Origin: Octopus sinensis
Taxonomy: Eukaryota
Assembly: GCF_006345805.1 (NCBI RefSeq)
Contig: NW_021835993.1
Coordinates: forward strand, 295,759 to 359,758
DNA length: 64,000 bases
Direction: 5' to 3'
Position numbers and translations under genes: made by a program. Every line of letters starts with the position of its first letter. Within the stretch, counting starts at the first letter, position 1. Below the pieces are notes generated by a model that did no database searches, had not been told where the DNA came from, and saw only the letters and a program-made list of their open reading frames with translations. This document shows positions 61,901-64,000 of the stretch, one piece after another.

Positions 61901-64000
61901 AACTGAGTGGGATCTTTATAATTACGCAAATCTTGCTGAAAATTTAAAACGCCAGAATAGAGTAGATAAAAATGTTTTAGACGAGCTGTAAAAAGCGCAT
62001 ATTATCCAGAAATATTTCAAACTGATCCCCTGAAAAAATGAGCTCGATTGATATCACACACGTGGAGAACTGAGTAGGGATCTTTATAATTACGCAAATC
62101 TTGCTGAAAATTTTAAAACACCAGAATAGAGTAGATAAAAAGTTTTAGACGAGCTGTAAAAAGCGCATATTAACCAGAAATATTTCAAACTGATCCCCTG
62201 AAAAAATGAGCTCGATTGATATCACACACGTGGAGAACTGAGTAGGGATCTTTATAATTACGCAAATCTTGCTGAAAATTTTAAAACGCCAGAATAGAGT
62301 AGATAAAAAAGTTTTAGACGAGCTGTAAAAAGCGCATATTATCATCCAGAAATATTCAAACTGATCCCCTGAAAAAATGAGCTCGATTGATATCACACAC
62401 GTGGAGAACTGAGTAGGGATCTTTATAATTACGCAAATCTTGCTGAAAATTTTAAAACGCCAGAATAGAGTAGATAAAAAGGTTTTAGACGAGCTGTAAA
62501 AAGCGCATATTATCCAGAAATATTTCAAACTGATCCCCTGAAAAAATGAGCTCGATTGATATCACACACGTGGAGAACTGAGTAGGGATTTTATAATTAC
62601 GCAAATCTTGCTGAAAATTTTAAAACGCCAGAATAAAGTAGATAGAAGGTTTTAGACGAGCTGTAAAAAGCGCATATTATCCAGAATATTTCAAACTGAT
62701 CCCCTGAAAAATGAGCTCGATTGATATCACACACGTGGAGAACTGAGTAGGGATCTTTATAATTACGCAAATCTTGCTGAAAATTTTAAAAAGCCAGAAT
62801 AGAGTATATAAAAAGGTTTTAGACGAGCTGTAAAAAGCGCATATTATCCAGAAATATTTCAAACTGATCCCCTGAAAAAAAGAGCTCGATTGATATCACA
62901 CACGTGGAGAACTGAGTAGGGATCTTTATAATTACGCAAATCTTGCTGAAAATTTTAAAACGCCTGAATAGAGTAGATAAAAAGGTTTTAGACAAGCTGT
63001 AAAAAGCGCATATTATCGAAAAATATTTAAACTGATCCCCTAAAAAAATGAGCTCGATTGATATCACACACGTGGAGAACTGAGTAGGGATCTTTATAAT
63101 TACGCAAATCTTGCTGAAAATTTTAAAACGCCAGAATAGAGTAGATAAAAAGGTTTTAGACGAGCTGTAAAAAGCGCATATTATCCAGAAATATTTCAAA
63201 CTGATCCCCTGAAAAAATGAGCTCGATTGATATCACACACGTGGAGAACTGAGTAGGGATCTTTATAATTACGAAAATCTTGCTTAAAATTTTTTAAACG
63301 GCAGAATTTAGTAGATAAAAAGATTTTAGACGAGCTGTAAAATGCGCATATTATCCAGAAATATTTCAAACTGATCCCCTGAAAAAATGAGCTCGATTGA
63401 TATCACACACGTGGAGAACTGAGTAGGGATCTTTATAATTACGAAAATCTTGCTTAAAATTTTTTAAACGGCAGAATTTAGTAGATAAAAAGATTTTAGA
63501 CGAGCTGTAAAATGCGCATATTATCCAGAAATATTTCAAACTGATCCCCTGAAAAAATAAGCTCGATTGATATCACACACGTGGAGAACTGAGTAGGGAT
63601 CTTTATAATTACGCAAATCTTGCTGAAAATTTTAAAACGCCAGAATAGAGTAGATAAAAAAGGTTTTAGACGAGCTGTAAAAGCGCATATTATCCAGAAA
63701 TATTTCAAACTGATCCTGTCCCCTGAAAAATGAGCTCGATTGATATCACACACGTGGAGAACTGAGTAGGGATCTTTATAATTACGCAAATCTTGCTGAA
63801 AATTTAAAACGCCAGAATTGAGTAGATAAAAAGTTTAGACGAGCTGTAAAAGCGCATATTATCCAGAAATATTTCAACTGACCCCTGAAAAAATGAGCTC
63901 GATTGATATCACACACGTGGAGAACTGAGTAGGGATCTTTTATAATTACGAAAATCTTGCTTGAAAATTTTAAAACGCCAGCATGAGTAGATAAAAGATT
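37980..64000. repeat. 169-bp tandem satellite array, ~154 copies, continuing past the window end
   Basis: Monomer ctgagtagggatctttataattacgcaaatcttgctgaaaattttaaaacgccagaatagagtagataaaaaggttttagacgagctgtaaaaagcgcatattatccagaaatatttcaaactgatcccctgaaaaaatgagctcgattgatatcacacacgtggagaa; the ORF track repeats every 169 bp. Confidence 0.99.

Noticed and set aside
39065-63789. Dozens of repeated 70-aa ORFs (MKYFWIICAF..)
   Set aside because: By-products of the 169-bp (non-3n) satellite; they start at TTG, are broken freely by indels and have no domain signature.
37980-64000. CRISPR array, 5S/SL RNA/snRNA tandem genes or hammerhead ribozyme in the repeat
   Set aside because: No unique spacers or cas genes; no 5S or tRNA boxes; no CUGANGA/GAAA core with stems. 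An Sm-site-like ATTTCTGG exists on the minus strand, but there is no convincing leader, donor or stem-loops.
43800-64000. Rising density of 1-bp indels along the array as a biological gradient
   Set aside because: Mostly in homopolymers and mostly unique, which is consistent with long-read consensus error.

Overview
Eukaryotic, almost certainly animal, DNA from a very compact genome. The first ~38 kb holds eight recognisable host genes: a DUSP14-like phosphatase, SMARCAL1, an SSX2IP/ADIP-like gene, CTNNBL1, a reduced GIT ArfGAP, DNALI1, an SLC17 transporter and UBE2W. All are split by tiny spliceosomal introns, mostly 23-31 nt. Between the genes is a dense, nested set of transposons: Buster/SPIN-type hATs with intact TIRs and 8-bp TSDs, Tc1-like elements, and RTE, CRE-like, R4/Dong-like and CR1/L2-like LINEs. 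From 37980 to the window end is a ~26 kb array of about 154 copies of a 169-bp satellite (candidate centromere/heterochromatin), bordered by a truncated divergent histone H4 and a LINE endonuclease fragment. Intron size plus a motile-cilium gene suggest a dicyemid-like organism (inference). Most striking observations: hAT transposase genes of five different families each carry host-type micro-introns at different positions; three co-oriented genes sit 77-83 bp apart (operon-like); the GIT lacks its catalytic arginine; and two insertions appear to be copied from DNA 1-1.5 kb away. All homology calls come from motif recognition by eye; no database searches were run.
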